Of a stretch of DNA of 64,000 nucleotides, positions 30,168-40,557 are shown in pieces; position 1 is the stretch's first letter, and each line of letters starts with the position of its first letter. The notes beneath the pieces are model-generated. The model saw nothing but the letters and a program-made list of their open reading frames with translations. It had not been told where the DNA came from and did no database searches. The stretch is from the NCBI GenBank assembly GCA_965200315.1, contig OZ241362.1, positions 544,001-608,000 on the forward strand, given 5' to 3'. This DNA is from Candidatus Latescibacterota bacterium. GTDB taxonomy: Bacteria > Latescibacterota > UBA2968 > UBA8231. Made by a program: the position numbers and the translations under genes.

Positions 30168-31181
30168 TCATTCCGCCCGCGTGGCGAGCCATTCGACTGC
30201 GGCTTGCCGCCGCGCCTGCGGCGTCTCTGCGCCTGCTGGCAAGCGGTGCAATTCCCAAGCAATCTCGTGCGTCAAGGTCTCGCCCACCTGCAAATAGACC
30301 CAAGGACTTAACAACTCCAATTCGGTGTACTCCGGACAGGTATAGACCTCGGCAGAAAGGCCCCCGTCCGGGTAGTGCTGAGTCCCATCGCGGCGAAAGA
30401 ACTCGGCCATGACCACGTCACCGACAATGCCAGCCAGCCAGCGGTCCGAGTCGGCCCCGGTCTTTTGCGCTTCCTCCGGGTCGGGCACAAAAATGCCAAT
30501 GTCGCCCTCGATGGTGAAGTTGCGCATGGCCGCGCCCTCGGCAAAGCCAAAGGGATGGTAGCTCAGATCGAAGTGACTGTGCGGATTGAGCGGATAGAGG
30601 GTCTGCTCGGGCGGCTGGATTTGGGTGACGTTCCAAATGGTGTAGCGCAACGGCTCGACTTTGGCGTCGGCCAGCTTTTCGATCCGCTGGTCAATTTCCA
30701 CGCGCGTACCCTGCTCTGCGAGGCGAATCTCGCGCACGCTACGCGCCCCATTGTACTCGCTCACCGGGCTGGTGATCACCAGCCCCTCGGGCAGCAACTC
30801 AACCTCGTGTACTGCGCCGTCGAAAGCGTGGTCGGGCGGCCAAGCGTGGCCGTTGATTTTGACAAACTCGCTCTGCTGATTGGGCCAGACCTTGTCGCCG
30901 CCGAAATTAGTCCACTCGTACTGGCCTTTCTCATTGACATTGGGCTGGCCGTCGGGCAACACCTGACCGTGAAGTTCGGGATCGGACCAGAGGATGTTCT
31001 CGCCGCCCGCAAACCCGTAGTGCATAATGCGACCAATGGCCGGCACCACGACTAGGCGCCCATCGGGATTGGCAATTTCAATCGCGTTTGCCCAGCCTTT
31101 GTACTCGATTTCCTCGACTGTAACTTGGGCCATCGCGGGCGCGGCCAGCGCAGCCAAAATAATTCCCTGCAATAATTTCAT
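30168..31181 (-). CDS. Secreted DUF4380-like (galactose mutarotase-like) protein
   Basis: Signal peptide; VVPAIGRIM...GGDKVWP...ELELLSP. Confidence 0.7.
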   Translation of the reverse strand: MKLLQGIILAALAAPAMAQVTVEEIEYKGWANAIEIANPDGRLVVVPAIGRIMHYGFAGGENILWSDPELHGQVLPDGQPNVNEKGQYEWTNFGGDKVWPNQQSEFVKINGHAWPPDHAFDGAVHEVELLPEGLVITSPVSEYNGARSVREIRLAEQGTRVEIDQRIEKLADAKVEPLRYTIWNVTQIQPPEQTLYPLNPHSHFDLSYHPFGFAEGAAMRNFTIEGDIGIFVPDPEEAQKTGADSDRWLAGIVGDVVMAEFFRRDGTQHYPDGGLSAEVYTCPEYTELELLSPWVYLQVGETLTHEIAWELHRLPAGAETPQARRQAAVEWLATRAE

Positions 31182-31192
31182 CGTATGCTTCC

Positions 31193-32323
31193 TCATCTGA
31201 GTGCCGAAACCCCGCCGCCTTTGAGCGCACGGGCGACTTCCTTTTCGACATCGTCTCGCGTGACCATGGTAGTATCGCCGATGCACTCCTGCACCAAGAT
31301 GCCGTGGGCGGCTCCCCACTGCACTGCGTCGGCGGCTCCCCGGCCGTCGAGCAGCGCGGCGATCACGCCCGAGGCAAAGGAATCGCCGCCGCCAGTGCGA
31401 TCGGCGATTTCGATGTTTTCGCGCACGGCCGCCTCGTAGATTTCGCCCTCCTCGACGTCGAAGAGCACCGCGCCCCAGTTGATGCGATCCGCGGTCAGCG
31501 CACCGCGCAACTGCGTACCGATGTACTTGAGGTTCGGATAGTCATTGGCGACTTGGTGTAGCATCTTGGTGTAGATCGCCAACCACTGATCAAAGCTGGC
31601 ATCTTTGGCCACCTTTTCGGTTTCGTAGCCCAGCGCATCGTCAAAGTCGTCTTGGTTGCCGACGAGGAACTCGACATGCGGCACAATAGAGCGATTGATC
31701 TGACGGGCGCGCTCCTTGTCCGGCTCGACCTTGGAGCGGTAGTTGAGATCAAAGGATCGGCCTGCGCCGTGCTCGCCGGCTTTCTGCATGGCCTCTAGCG
31801 CTAAGGCGGCCGTCTTCTGCGAGAGCAAGGTGTAAATCCCGCCGGTGCTAAACCACCGCGTCCCCAACGCGCCGAAGAGATGGTCCCAGTCCACATCGCC
31901 AGGCCCGATTTCGCGCACTGGGGTATGGGCGCGATAGTACTCGGTCACCGAAGGCAAGAGCCCCTTGCCGGCCCAAGTGAAGTTGATCCCGTTGTGCAAA
32001 GTTCCCTTGGCGTCGGTGCTGAATTGGCCCCTGCCGCCGTTGTTAAACCAGACGATATGCCCAGTGTCGATTCCAGCTTCGCGCAGTTGGTTTTCGATGT
32101 TGCGGCCGACCCCGTCGTCCACGAGAGCCGTAATGACAGCGGCGCGCAAACCAAAGCAATAACTCAAGCCCTCGGCGACATTGGTCTCGCCACCCCCGTG
32201 CCAGATCCGGCCCGTCCGTGCCCGGGCCGTGGGCACTTGGCCGGGATCGATGCGCATGAGGACTTCGCCTAGGGCGATGGCGTCGTAGTGGGTCTGGTCG
32301 GCTGATTTGAGTTGGATGGTCAT
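31193..32323 (-). CDS. PfkB-family sugar kinase (KdgK-like)
   Basis: GGGETNVA, FDLNYR, DRTGGGDSFASG. Confidence 0.92.
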   Translation of the reverse strand: MTIQLKSADQTHYDAIALGEVLMRIDPGQVPTARARTGRIWHGGGETNVAEGLSYCFGLRAAVITALVDDGVGRNIENQLREAGIDTGHIVWFNNGGRGQFSTDAKGTLHNGINFTWAGKGLLPSVTEYYRAHTPVREIGPGDVDWDHLFGALGTRWFSTGGIYTLLSQKTAALALEAMQKAGEHGAGRSFDLNYRSKVEPDKERARQINRSIVPHVEFLVGNQDDFDDALGYETEKVAKDASFDQWLAIYTKMLHQVANDYPNLKYIGTQLRGALTADRINWGAVLFDVEEGEIYEAAVRENIEIADRTGGGDSFASGVIAALLDGRGAADAVQWGAAHGILVQECIGDTTMVTRDDVEKEVARALKGGGVSALR

Positions 32324-32353
32324 GTACCTTTTTCCTCCTTAGTGTTGTTGACG

Positions 32354-33173
32354 TTATCGTGGGTTGCCCAATGCACAGAGCCGTTCGACAAAATAACGAG
32401 CACTGGGGCACTGGTCGTGCTGAGCTGCTCGTCTGGCATCAAATCCGTGATTGCGGATGAATTTCCTAGCAAAAACGAATCCTTCTCTCCCCGGCCCTCT
32501 GCCAGCCGACTTCATTGTAGTGCTACCATCAATTTTATCCACGAGAACGAATTCGCTAAGTTTAAGCGCTCGAACAACTGACTCGCTATGAGTGGTCAAC
32601 CATATAGGATTTTCAAGCGAAGCCTGCTGCCGCATCCAATCTATCAACTTGCGGATAGCCTTGGGATGCAGCCCTCTTTCCGGCTCCTCAATCAGCGTCA
32701 TTCCGCAACCTGTCGGTACACATTCGAATTTCTCAGGAGTTTGGTAAGCGGATGGTTTCGATGCTCAAGCGATGAATTTGGATAGATACGGTCCTCACTT
32801 ACAACGAACCGTTCTCCCACGGCGTCGATCTCTCCCTTGTCCTCTTTTCCACTATATAGTTTGTTCCTCATTGAACTCCAAGCATTCTTTGATTCCGGGT
32901 TCGCTGTCGAGGTTATCAATGCGCAACGAATAGTGAAATGCCGGCGGCGTTTCTTCCTCTTGTTCCAAAAGATCGCATTCGATTTCAAAGCTAAACGTTT
33001 TGGAATCTGTCCTCTCGCGTTTCTTTGAACGGATGCTGACAAAGTCCAGTGCCGCAAAGAAATTGCTCTTGCCCGACCGCGAATACCGAAAAAGGAGCAA
33101 GCTCCTTTACTTCCAAAGAGTCAATGCTCTTGAAGTTTTCGATCTTCAAGCGGCGAATGGTTTTCTCGGTCAT
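32354..33173 (-). pseudogene. Frameshifted, internally deleted AAA_21/ABC-type ATPase
   Basis: Pieces in different frames: IRRLKIENFKSI, SGKSNFF (broken Walker A), LIEEPERGLHP, LTTHS. Confidence 0.8.
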
Positions 33174-34051
33174 AGCTGCACTCGCACCCGGCTCTTTTTT
33201 GCCAGCGACTTCTCCAGCGCCTCCAGCACGGCCACCGGCCCCAGCATGGTCTGCACAGTCTCGTCGGTTTTGCCCGTGCGGAACATGGTGCAAAAATCGC
33301 GGATGCCGCTTAGATATGAGCTTTCGTCGAATGTGATCGGCTCGTCCATGCGGCCCTTTTCGCCGATGGCGCTCAGGTGGAAACCGGGCGCAGCACCACC
33401 CACCAAGTTCAGAGTAGCTACGCGGCCGTCGCGGTAGGTGAGGATAGCCGTGTGATTGGCCCCGGCCCCGCGATGGATTTCGGCCCAGCGTATGTCCGTG
33501 CCGAGCAGGCGCAGCACCATATCCACTTGGTGAATGCCGTAAAAAAAGACGCCGCCCCACTTCGACTTAATGTCGCAAGGGCCAGTGGAGACTACCGCCT
33601 GAATGGGGCCAAGCTGGCGCATCTTTTTGGCAAAGGCCCGGTACGAAGCCTGTTTGGGCAACGTGGAAAAAGAGCAAACCGGCACGCCCAACTCCTCGGC
33701 CCGCGCCAAAAAGCGCTTCCCCTCGGCTTGGCGGTAGCAAAACGGCTTGTCAATAAAAAGCGGAATTTTGGCCTCCAGCAACGATCGGGCCGCTGGCAGG
33801 TGTTCCTTGCCGTGGCGGTGATCGACCACCGCCCCATCGACTTGGCCGATCAGCTCTTCAGGCGTGCGAACGATGTGCGGGATTTGACCGGTGGCAGCAG
33901 CAGCTTGCGCGTATTGGGCCGTCTCGCCCCACACGTGGGTCACTCGCACCCCGCGCACTTTTTTTTCGACGTTGAGCACCTTGGCGATAGCGGCGGTGTG
34001 GCTGTTTTCCGCCCCGACGATGCCGATGTTTAGCATCTTACTCTTCCCCAA
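33170..34051 (-). CDS. Gfo/Idh/MocA oxidoreductase
   Basis: IGIVGAENSH, FIDKPF, FYGIH. Confidence 0.88.
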   Translation of the reverse strand: MGKSKMLNIGIVGAENSHTAAIAKVLNVEKKVRGVRVTHVWGETAQYAQAAAATGQIPHIVRTPEELIGQVDGAVVDHRHGKEHLPAARSLLEAKIPLFIDKPFCYRQAEGKRFLARAEELGVPVCSFSTLPKQASYRAFAKKMRQLGPIQAVVSTGPCDIKSKWGGVFFYGIHQVDMVLRLLGTDIRWAEIHRGAGANHTAILTYRDGRVATLNLVGGAAPGFHLSAIGEKGRMDEPITFDESSYLSGIRDFCTMFRTGKTDETVQTMLGPVAVLEALEKSLAKKSRVRVQL

Positions 34052-34862
34052 AATTCCACAGCTTCAACACCGTCTTACCCAGCACCCACTCCAAGTCTTC
34101 CGGCGAGATGAACTTCATCTCGTCGCGCACCACCGTTAGGGGTTGGGAGTATTCGGCCAGCGACAGGCACACCGGCCAATCCGTGCCCCACATGATGCGC
34201 TGCGGCCCGAAGGTCTGATATACTTCCTCGACCATCTCGTGCGTATCGGCCCATGGATAGCCCTGCTTGGAGAGCGACCAAGTGTGGCTGATCTTGACGT
34301 ACACGCGCGGGTAGCGAGCCATATCCATCAGCAATTGCCGCTCGGCCGGGGCGTCGGGATGGGCACTGGCCATGTGGTCAATGCAGCAGTTCACCTCCGG
34401 GTAGCGGTCGAGGATCCGCGCCAAATCCGGCAGTCGGCGCGGCCCGGTCAGAATCAGCATTGGAATTCCCAAATTTTGCGCCCGCGCGAAAATTGGGTCC
34501 ATCCCCGGCCCCTTGAACCAATCGCCCGCCGCATCCTGCGACGGCGAGAGCCGCATCCCGTGCAGGCCGTGTTCCTCGGTCCACATCGACATGTGGTCCG
34601 GGGAGGCCGGGTCTTCGGGATTGATGCGCCCCACCGCCATGAAGCGGTCGGGATATTGCCTGATGACGTGGGCGACATAGCTATTGTCCCAGCGGTAGTG
34701 GATGACCTGCACCAGCACGGTCTTTTCCACGCCGTTGGCGTCCATCAGCGCTAGTAAATCTTCGGCCGTGTGGTCTTCGGCGGGCGGATTGGGGTTTTCC
34801 GCGGGCCAAGGAAAGGCCGGGTCGTTGATCCATACGTGGACATGCGGGTCGATAATGCGCAT
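34038..34862 (-). CDS. Amidohydrolase family 2 protein
   Basis: IDPHVHVW, IDHM, MWGTDWP. Confidence 0.92.
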   Translation of the reverse strand: MRIIDPHVHVWINDPAFPWPAENPNPPAEDHTAEDLLALMDANGVEKTVLVQVIHYRWDNSYVAHVIRQYPDRFMAVGRINPEDPASPDHMSMWTEEHGLHGMRLSPSQDAAGDWFKGPGMDPIFARAQNLGIPMLILTGPRRLPDLARILDRYPEVNCCIDHMASAHPDAPAERQLLMDMARYPRVYVKISHTWSLSKQGYPWADTHEMVEEVYQTFGPQRIMWGTDWPVCLSLAEYSQPLTVVRDEMKFISPEDLEWVLGKTVLKLWNFGEE

Positions 34863-34894
34863 GAAGGGTTCCTTTCTGTGAAGTTTGAGATAAA

Positions 34895-35408
34895 ATGCTA
34901 AAAAGAGCCAACGCGCTCAAATGGGACAGACGCTACCTCGCCACTGAATATGTCCAATCCGCCACCACCTCTCTCCCAGCCCTCCGGCCGACCGACGCCG
35001 GTCACAGCCTGCTCGACCAAATCATCATCACCGGCACCAATGGCAAAGACCTTCTTGCAGAGTTGAGCTTTGAGCTCGACCTTCTGCATCTGTGGTTTCT
35101 GTATTACCTGTGGCCCCCATTTCTTAGGGATATTCTGTCCCGCCCTGACAACATGGTTGCTGGTCTATGGCATGGCGGACGCTTCGTACTGGATGTACAT
35201 TATCCACTATCCAATAACATTCTTGCTACCGACCTTGCTCACAAACTATCCCATCCCCGCCGTGGTGAAGTTCAGCATAGTGCTCGCGGGCACAACGGCC
35301 ATCACGCTGATCACCTACCACTACTGGGTACGAGCGACCTTCATCGGCGCCCGCCTGAACGGACGACGCTATCCGAGAGTCGTGCCGTGGCGGAATGAAA
35401 ACCACTAA
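34895..35408 (+). pseudogene. Degraded acyltransferase-3 (OpgC/MdoC-like) remnant
   Basis: HLWFLYYL in one frame and ADASYWMYIIHYP...TYHYWVRATFIGARLNG in another; most of the gene is missing. Confidence 0.7.
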
Positions 35409-35420
35409 CCCCTAACCACT

Positions 35421-36986
35421 ATGTTCGACTTCATCATTCGCAACGGCACTGTCATCGACGGCAACCGCGCCGAACGCTATCCCGCGGATATTGGCATTCG
35501 CGCCGACCGCATCGCGGCTATCGGCGACCTCGGCGGCACCCAATCCCAGCACAGCATCGACGCCCACGGCAAAATCGTCGCCCCGGGCTTTGTCGACGTC
35601 CACAACCACTCCGATGGCTGGCTCTTGCAAAAGCCCAACTTCCTCCCCAAAACCCTCCAGGGCTTTACCACCGAAGTCCTCATGGCCGACGGCATCTCCT
35701 ACGCCCCGGTTGACGCGGCCACTCGCGCTCACTGGCTCTACTACATGCGCGCCCTCAACGGCCTGATGCAAAGCCACTACTCAGGCTGGGAGAGCCTCGC
35801 CGACTACATGCAGCTACTCGACGGACGCACTGCGCAAAACACCATCACTCACCTCCCCTATGCTCACCTGCGGGCCATGGCCTGCGGCTGGGATCGCCGC
35901 GCCCCGGACGACGTGCAGATGGAGGAGATTCTCGCCGGGGTTGAGCGCGGCATGGACGAAGGCGCGGTCGGCCTTTCGACCGGACTCGACTACATTGCCG
36001 AATGCTTTGCCACCACCGGCGAACTCGCCGAAGCCTGCACCGCCATGGCGGCCCAACAGGGCCTCTACGCCACCCACGTGCGCTACAAAAAGGGCACCCT
36101 CGCCGGAGTGCAGGAGGCCGTCGAAATTGGCCGCCGCGCCGGCGTCCCAGTCCACATCTCCCACTTCAAGGGCACCTCACCTCAGCAAATCGACGAACTG
36201 CTATCATACGTGGATCAAGTCGCGGTCCACGAGGTGGACTTCAGTTTTGACGTGTACCCGTATCTGCCCGGCTCGACCATGCTCAACTTCATGTTGCCCT
36301 ATGAAGTGTGGGAGGATGGTCCGTTGGGCGTCTTGCCCAAGCTCAACGACCCCGCGCTGCGCCGCCGCTTCGCCCGCGTCCTCGACCGCTACGCCAACCC
36401 CCTCAGCCAGATGACCATTGCCTGGCTGCCCGGGCGGGACAACGCCGGCTTTATCGGCCGCACCTTAGCCGAGTATGTCCAACAGGCCGACGCATCCCCG
36501 GCCGACGCGCTTTGCGACCTGCTGATCGAGGAAAACTTGGCGGTTCTCCTCGTCTTCCACCACGGCGACGACGCCTTGGTGCATCCGTTCCTGTCGCACG
36601 ACAAATACATGATGGGTAGCGATGGAATTTACTTTCCCGACGGCGCGGTTCACCCGCGCTTATACGGATCGGCCGCCCGCCTGTTGGGGCCTTGCGTCCG
36701 CGACTACCAGCTCTTCTCGCTCGAAGACGCAGTGTACAAACTAAGCGGCCACCCCGCCGCGCGGTTTGGACTGACACAACGGGGCCGCATCGCCGAGGGG
36801 TTCTACGCAGACTTGGTCGTCTTTGACGCCGAGACTGTTGCGGATCGCGCCACGTACGCCGACCCCCACCAGCATTCGGTCGGCGTCGAGCACGTCCTCG
36901 TCAACGGGGTTCCCATCATCCGCAATGGCTGCGCGGCAGACTTGGGGCCGACTTGGCCGGGCCGCTATCTCAAGTTCCGCTCTTAG
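35421..36986 (+). CDS. D-aminoacylase (N-acyl-D-amino-acid deacylase)
   Basis: PGFVDVHNHSD, HISHFK, GSDG, HPR, ADLVVFD. Confidence 0.92.
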   Translation: MFDFIIRNGTVIDGNRAERYPADIGIRADRIAAIGDLGGTQSQHSIDAHGKIVAPGFVDVHNHSDGWLLQKPNFLPKTLQGFTTEVLMADGISYAPVDAATRAHWLYYMRALNGLMQSHYSGWESLADYMQLLDGRTAQNTITHLPYAHLRAMACGWDRRAPDDVQMEEILAGVERGMDEGAVGLSTGLDYIAECFATTGELAEACTAMAAQQGLYATHVRYKKGTLAGVQEAVEIGRRAGVPVHISHFKGTSPQQIDELLSYVDQVAVHEVDFSFDVYPYLPGSTMLNFMLPYEVWEDGPLGVLPKLNDPALRRRFARVLDRYANPLSQMTIAWLPGRDNAGFIGRTLAEYVQQADASPADALCDLLIEENLAVLLVFHHGDDALVHPFLSHDKYMMGSDGIYFPDGAVHPRLYGSAARLLGPCVRDYQLFSLEDAVYKLSGHPAARFGLTQRGRIAEGFYADLVVFDAETVADRATYADPHQHSVGVEHVLVNGVPIIRNGCAADLGPTWPGRYLKFRS

Positions 36987-37101
36987 GCGGTCTCGTTCTT
37001 GGCGGCGAGCAGCGTCGCCGAGCGCTTGCCCCACATCCGCCAGTCCATTTGCTATGAGTTAATGCACGGCCCGAAACTCATTTCCCAAGGCGGTAGGAAC
37101 C

Positions 37102-37358
37102 ATGTCTGAACACGGCAGAGCACCCGGCGAGGAAATCCGCGACGCCGTCCGCGATGCAGTACAAGCCATTCGGGAAGAATAAATAAGAACCACTTCACTC
37201 GACGGGCTCCAGAGTGAAATGAACAAATCGAGAGGATATACAGGCCAACGCCGACAAAATCGAGAAACTCGCCGATAAAGTGAACAGCCTGCCGTGGTAC
37301 GTCGCGATCACCGGTGGCGTCATCATTGGTGCCTTGACCGCCATAAATACTTCGGCTA
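37102..37358 (+). pseudogene. Possible degraded small coiled-coil/TM protein
   Basis: Broken frames: MSEHGRAPGEEIRDAVRDAVQAIREE*, then ...NADKIEKLADKVNSLPWYVAITGGVIIGAL. Confidence 0.35.
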
Positions 37359-37383
37359 AAGCAGCGACATTCCGCTGAAACTC

Positions 37384-37420
37384 AGAAGCCCCGGTCGCCT
37401 TCTATGGGACCGGGGCTTCT
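37384..37420. terminator. Hairpin, likely bidirectional terminator
   Basis: AGAAGCCCCGGTC...GACCGGGGCTTCT. Confidence 0.65.
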
Positions 37421-37453
37421 AATCATGTGCCGGCCACTCGGTCAAATCCCTCG

Positions 37454-37828
37454 CTAGTACTCGCGCATCCGCCCGCCGTTCCAGCACTCGGCCATCTCGC
37501 CTTTGGGGTTGAGAAGCGTGGCCGAGCGCTTGCCCAGCTTGACCCACACCTTCTTACCGACATAGATCCAGCACCAAGAACAATGCTCTTTGGGGTCCAG
37601 CAACCAGACGGCCCCGTCCGGCAACCGCACCAACAAGAGCCCCTCGGCAAAGCGGCGCATCAAGTGCGCCTCCACATAGCCGCCAGCGGCCAAAAGCTGC
37701 GCGGCTTGGGGCGAGGGGCAAGGGGATGTATTAGGCGCGGCGATCAGCGCACATCCCCCAGCCAACACGGCGCAGACGACCGCCGCGCGCATCTTCGGGC
37801 GGAGGTTATTCATACGTTTTCCTCTCAA
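37454..37828 (-). CDS. Hypothetical exported (possibly lipo)protein
   Basis: Signal-like N-terminus with LAGGC; divergent from the cas operon. Confidence 0.55.
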   Translation of the reverse strand: MRGKRMNNLRPKMRAAVVCAVLAGGCALIAAPNTSPCPSPQAAQLLAAGGYVEAHLMRRFAEGLLLVRLPDGAVWLLDPKEHCSWCWIYVGKKVWVKLGKRSATLLNPKGEMAECWNGGRMREY

Positions 37829-37938
37829 CTTAAGGTTGACGCTGTTTTCCTGTCGTCGGTATTTAGTACACCTAAGTAATGACTTTGAAAATTAATCCAA
37901 CGAGACCCACTGCATGATGACCATGCGAAGATAATGCT

Positions 37939-40557
37939 ATGACCCAGACAGGCACCATTGAACCCACCGACTACGAGCGGTTGTTGCTGGTCTATCTCCA
38001 CGACCCGCTCGACAAGGCCCTCGACATCCGCGGACACGAAGCCCGCGCCGCCCGCTATGCTTCCTGCGCCCGCGGCTGGAGCGCGACTCGCGCTACCATA
38101 AAGCATGAGGCGCAATTAGCAGACCAACTCGCCGCCCGCGCCGAGCGCATCCCCATGCCGGCGGCAGGCTCCAAAGGAACGTGCGCCGTTGGTTTGGAAA
38201 ACGAGTGCATTGAGGTGCGCCATCCGGTGAGTGCCCAGTCCGCCGAGCTAACCGGGCTGGCCCTCAACGAGGACCGCATGATCGGCATCATCAACTCCAT
38301 CGTGGGCGACCTACCCGACGCCCCTCGTCCGCGCTTTCTCGCACTCTGGCGGCTGCTCCCCGCAAAGCTCGGCCCGCAGTTGGCGCGACTGCCAGCCGAC
38401 ACCCGCGTACCGGACCACACCCTGATCCAGCACACGGACATTACCAGCGGCCTGTGGGCCAGCCACCAAACTGTCCACGGAAGCGCGCTTTTGTCCTTGT
38501 CTCTAGGGCCAGTACAGACCTTCATCGAAGCGGCCCGCAGTGTGCGCGACCTGTGGACGGGTAGTGCTATTTTGTCGTGGCTGACGTTCCAAGGGCTGCG
38601 CCCGCTGCTGGCTGCCCTCGGCCCGACCGCACTCGTCTATCCGGCCCTGCGCGGCCATCCATTGATGGACCTATGGCTGCGCGAGCAGGGGTTAGAGCAG
38701 GTCGTGCCGCTTCCGTCCAAACAGGCCCTCCAGTCGCCCTCTATCCCCAACCGCTTCGTTGCCCTCGTGCCCAGCACCCAAGCCCAAAAGCTGGCGGACG
38801 CCTGCATCCAATCCGTTGAGCAGGCGTGGCGCGGCTTGGCGGACGATGTGAAAAAGTCCCTCGACCTCAAGCTATCGTCATTGGAGCCCGGTTGGGCCCA
38901 GCACTGGCAAGAGCAGGTAAACAGCTTCTTCGACATCCAAACCTCCATCCTGCACGAGCGCGACTTAGGCGACGCGGAACTGGCCCATCTAATCGGCGGG
39001 CACGGCTCGTTTGAGGCCGTGTGGCCTGAAGCGCACAAAGTTCGCCAGCTCGCCAACGCGATCCCAAAAGCAGAGCAACCCGGCTACGATCAAGGCTCAG
39101 CCGGCCGCTGGCAAGCCCAACTCGAAGCGTCGGCGCGGCTGATGGAAGCACAGCGGTCTATCCGCCACGTACCAGCCACTCCGATCGCAAGCCCCTCGCC
39201 CCCCAAGTGCAGCCTGCTCGGTTCTTACGAGCAAATGGGGCCGCCCGACCTAGCCGATTCTCGCCAATTCTGGGAAAAAGCCGCAGACAGACTCAAGCTC
39301 CACGGCGTCCGCCTGCGGCCCGGCGAGCGATTTTCCGCCATCGCCCTGTGCAAGCGGTTTGCCGCTCCAGCGTTTCTCGCCCGCGAACTTCGGCTCGAAC
39401 CGGCCGACCTGCGCTTCCCGGATACCGCCACGCTCGCGGCTGCACAATGGCTGGCGGAGGCCGACATTAACCCGGACGCCGTGCGGAGCGAGTACGGGGA
39501 CTGGAACGGCCGCTGGCTGCATCAGAATACCCGCGATGATGTGGACGAAGGCGACCAAGAGCCACCTCTGCCAATCTGGCAAAAGATCAAAAAAGCAAAA
39601 GAGCCCGAAAACGTGGGCGCACCCCCTGTTTACTACGCCATCCTAATGATGGACGCCGACGAGATGAGCCGTTGGCTGCGAGGCGACAACGCTCCACAGG
39701 TGCGTGAGGTTCTGCACCCGAAGATGGTTCGTTATTTCGAGGGGCTTGGGAGCCAAGGAGTGGGGGACGACCTCGACGCCAAGCGACCGGTCGGCCCAGC
39801 CCTACACGCCTCCATTAGCGAGGCACTCAACAATTTCGCCAGTCGCGTTGCCCCGAAAATCGTGCAGGACCAGCAGGACCACTACGGCACAACCATCTAT
39901 TCGGGCGGCGACGACGTCCTAGCTCTGCTGCCGATGCGCCAAGCGGTCGCCTGTGCGGTTGCCTTGCGCCGCGCCTTCCGCGGCGAGGAAGACACCCCCG
40001 GGGTGCCGCGTGGCTGGATCGAGCGCGATGGGCAACACCTGCTGACCATGGGCCACAAAGCCACGCTATCGGCCGGCATCGCCTTTGTCCATTACAAGGA
40101 GGATTTGCGCTTGGCCCTGCAAGCGGCCCGCGGCGCAGAAAAGACCGCCAAGAGCAGCGGGCGCAATCAGCTCGCACTCCGCTTCATGCGGCACGCTGGC
40201 AGCCACGACGAGGCCCTCGTGCCGTGGGCGTGGACGCCGCAGTTCCAATGCTTGGTCGAGACTTTTGCCAGCGGTGCGACTGACCGCTGGGCTTATCGCC
40301 TGAGAGCGGAATTGCCGACTTTGCAAGCGGACGCTCTGCCCGTCGCGGCTGTCAACGCCGAAATACGCCGGCTCGTCACGCGGACTGTTGACAATCCGTC
40401 CGATTCAAGTAGCCCGTCCGGCCAAGAAGTAGAGAATTGGTGGAAGGAGTTTTACACAGCCGGCAGCAAGCGTGGACGCACACACTCCGAGCTGCTTGAA
40501 GCCTTCACCTGCCTCTGCCAAGGGGCCTCTTTCGCCGCACGAGGTCGCGATGCCTAA
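37939..40557 (+). CDS. cas10: Type III-B CRISPR Cas10/Cmr2
   Basis: LHDP..K N-terminus, PADTR.PDH, GPVQTFIEAARSVRDLWTGS, YYAILMMDADEM, intact YSGGDD palm motif. Confidence 0.96.
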   Translation: MTQTGTIEPTDYERLLLVYLHDPLDKALDIRGHEARAARYASCARGWSATRATIKHEAQLADQLAARAERIPMPAAGSKGTCAVGLENECIEVRHPVSAQSAELTGLALNEDRMIGIINSIVGDLPDAPRPRFLALWRLLPAKLGPQLARLPADTRVPDHTLIQHTDITSGLWASHQTVHGSALLSLSLGPVQTFIEAARSVRDLWTGSAILSWLTFQGLRPLLAALGPTALVYPALRGHPLMDLWLREQGLEQVVPLPSKQALQSPSIPNRFVALVPSTQAQKLADACIQSVEQAWRGLADDVKKSLDLKLSSLEPGWAQHWQEQVNSFFDIQTSILHERDLGDAELAHLIGGHGSFEAVWPEAHKVRQLANAIPKAEQPGYDQGSAGRWQAQLEASARLMEAQRSIRHVPATPIASPSPPKCSLLGSYEQMGPPDLADSRQFWEKAADRLKLHGVRLRPGERFSAIALCKRFAAPAFLARELRLEPADLRFPDTATLAAAQWLAEADINPDAVRSEYGDWNGRWLHQNTRDDVDEGDQEPPLPIWQKIKKAKEPENVGAPPVYYAILMMDADEMSRWLRGDNAPQVREVLHPKMVRYFEGLGSQGVGDDLDAKRPVGPALHASISEALNNFASRVAPKIVQDQQDHYGTTIYSGGDDVLALLPMRQAVACAVALRRAFRGEEDTPGVPRGWIERDGQHLLTMGHKATLSAGIAFVHYKEDLRLALQAARGAEKTAKSSGRNQLALRFMRHAGSHDEALVPWAWTPQFQCLVETFASGATDRWAYRLRAELPTLQADALPVAAVNAEIRRLVTRTVDNPSDSSSPSGQEVENWWKEFYTAGSKRGRTHSELLEAFTCLCQGASFAARGRDA

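Noticed and set aside
21347-36986. Novel secondary-metabolite cluster
   Set aside because: A mixed set of common catabolic enzyme families with no scaffold-forming enzyme; no coherent pathway can be supported.
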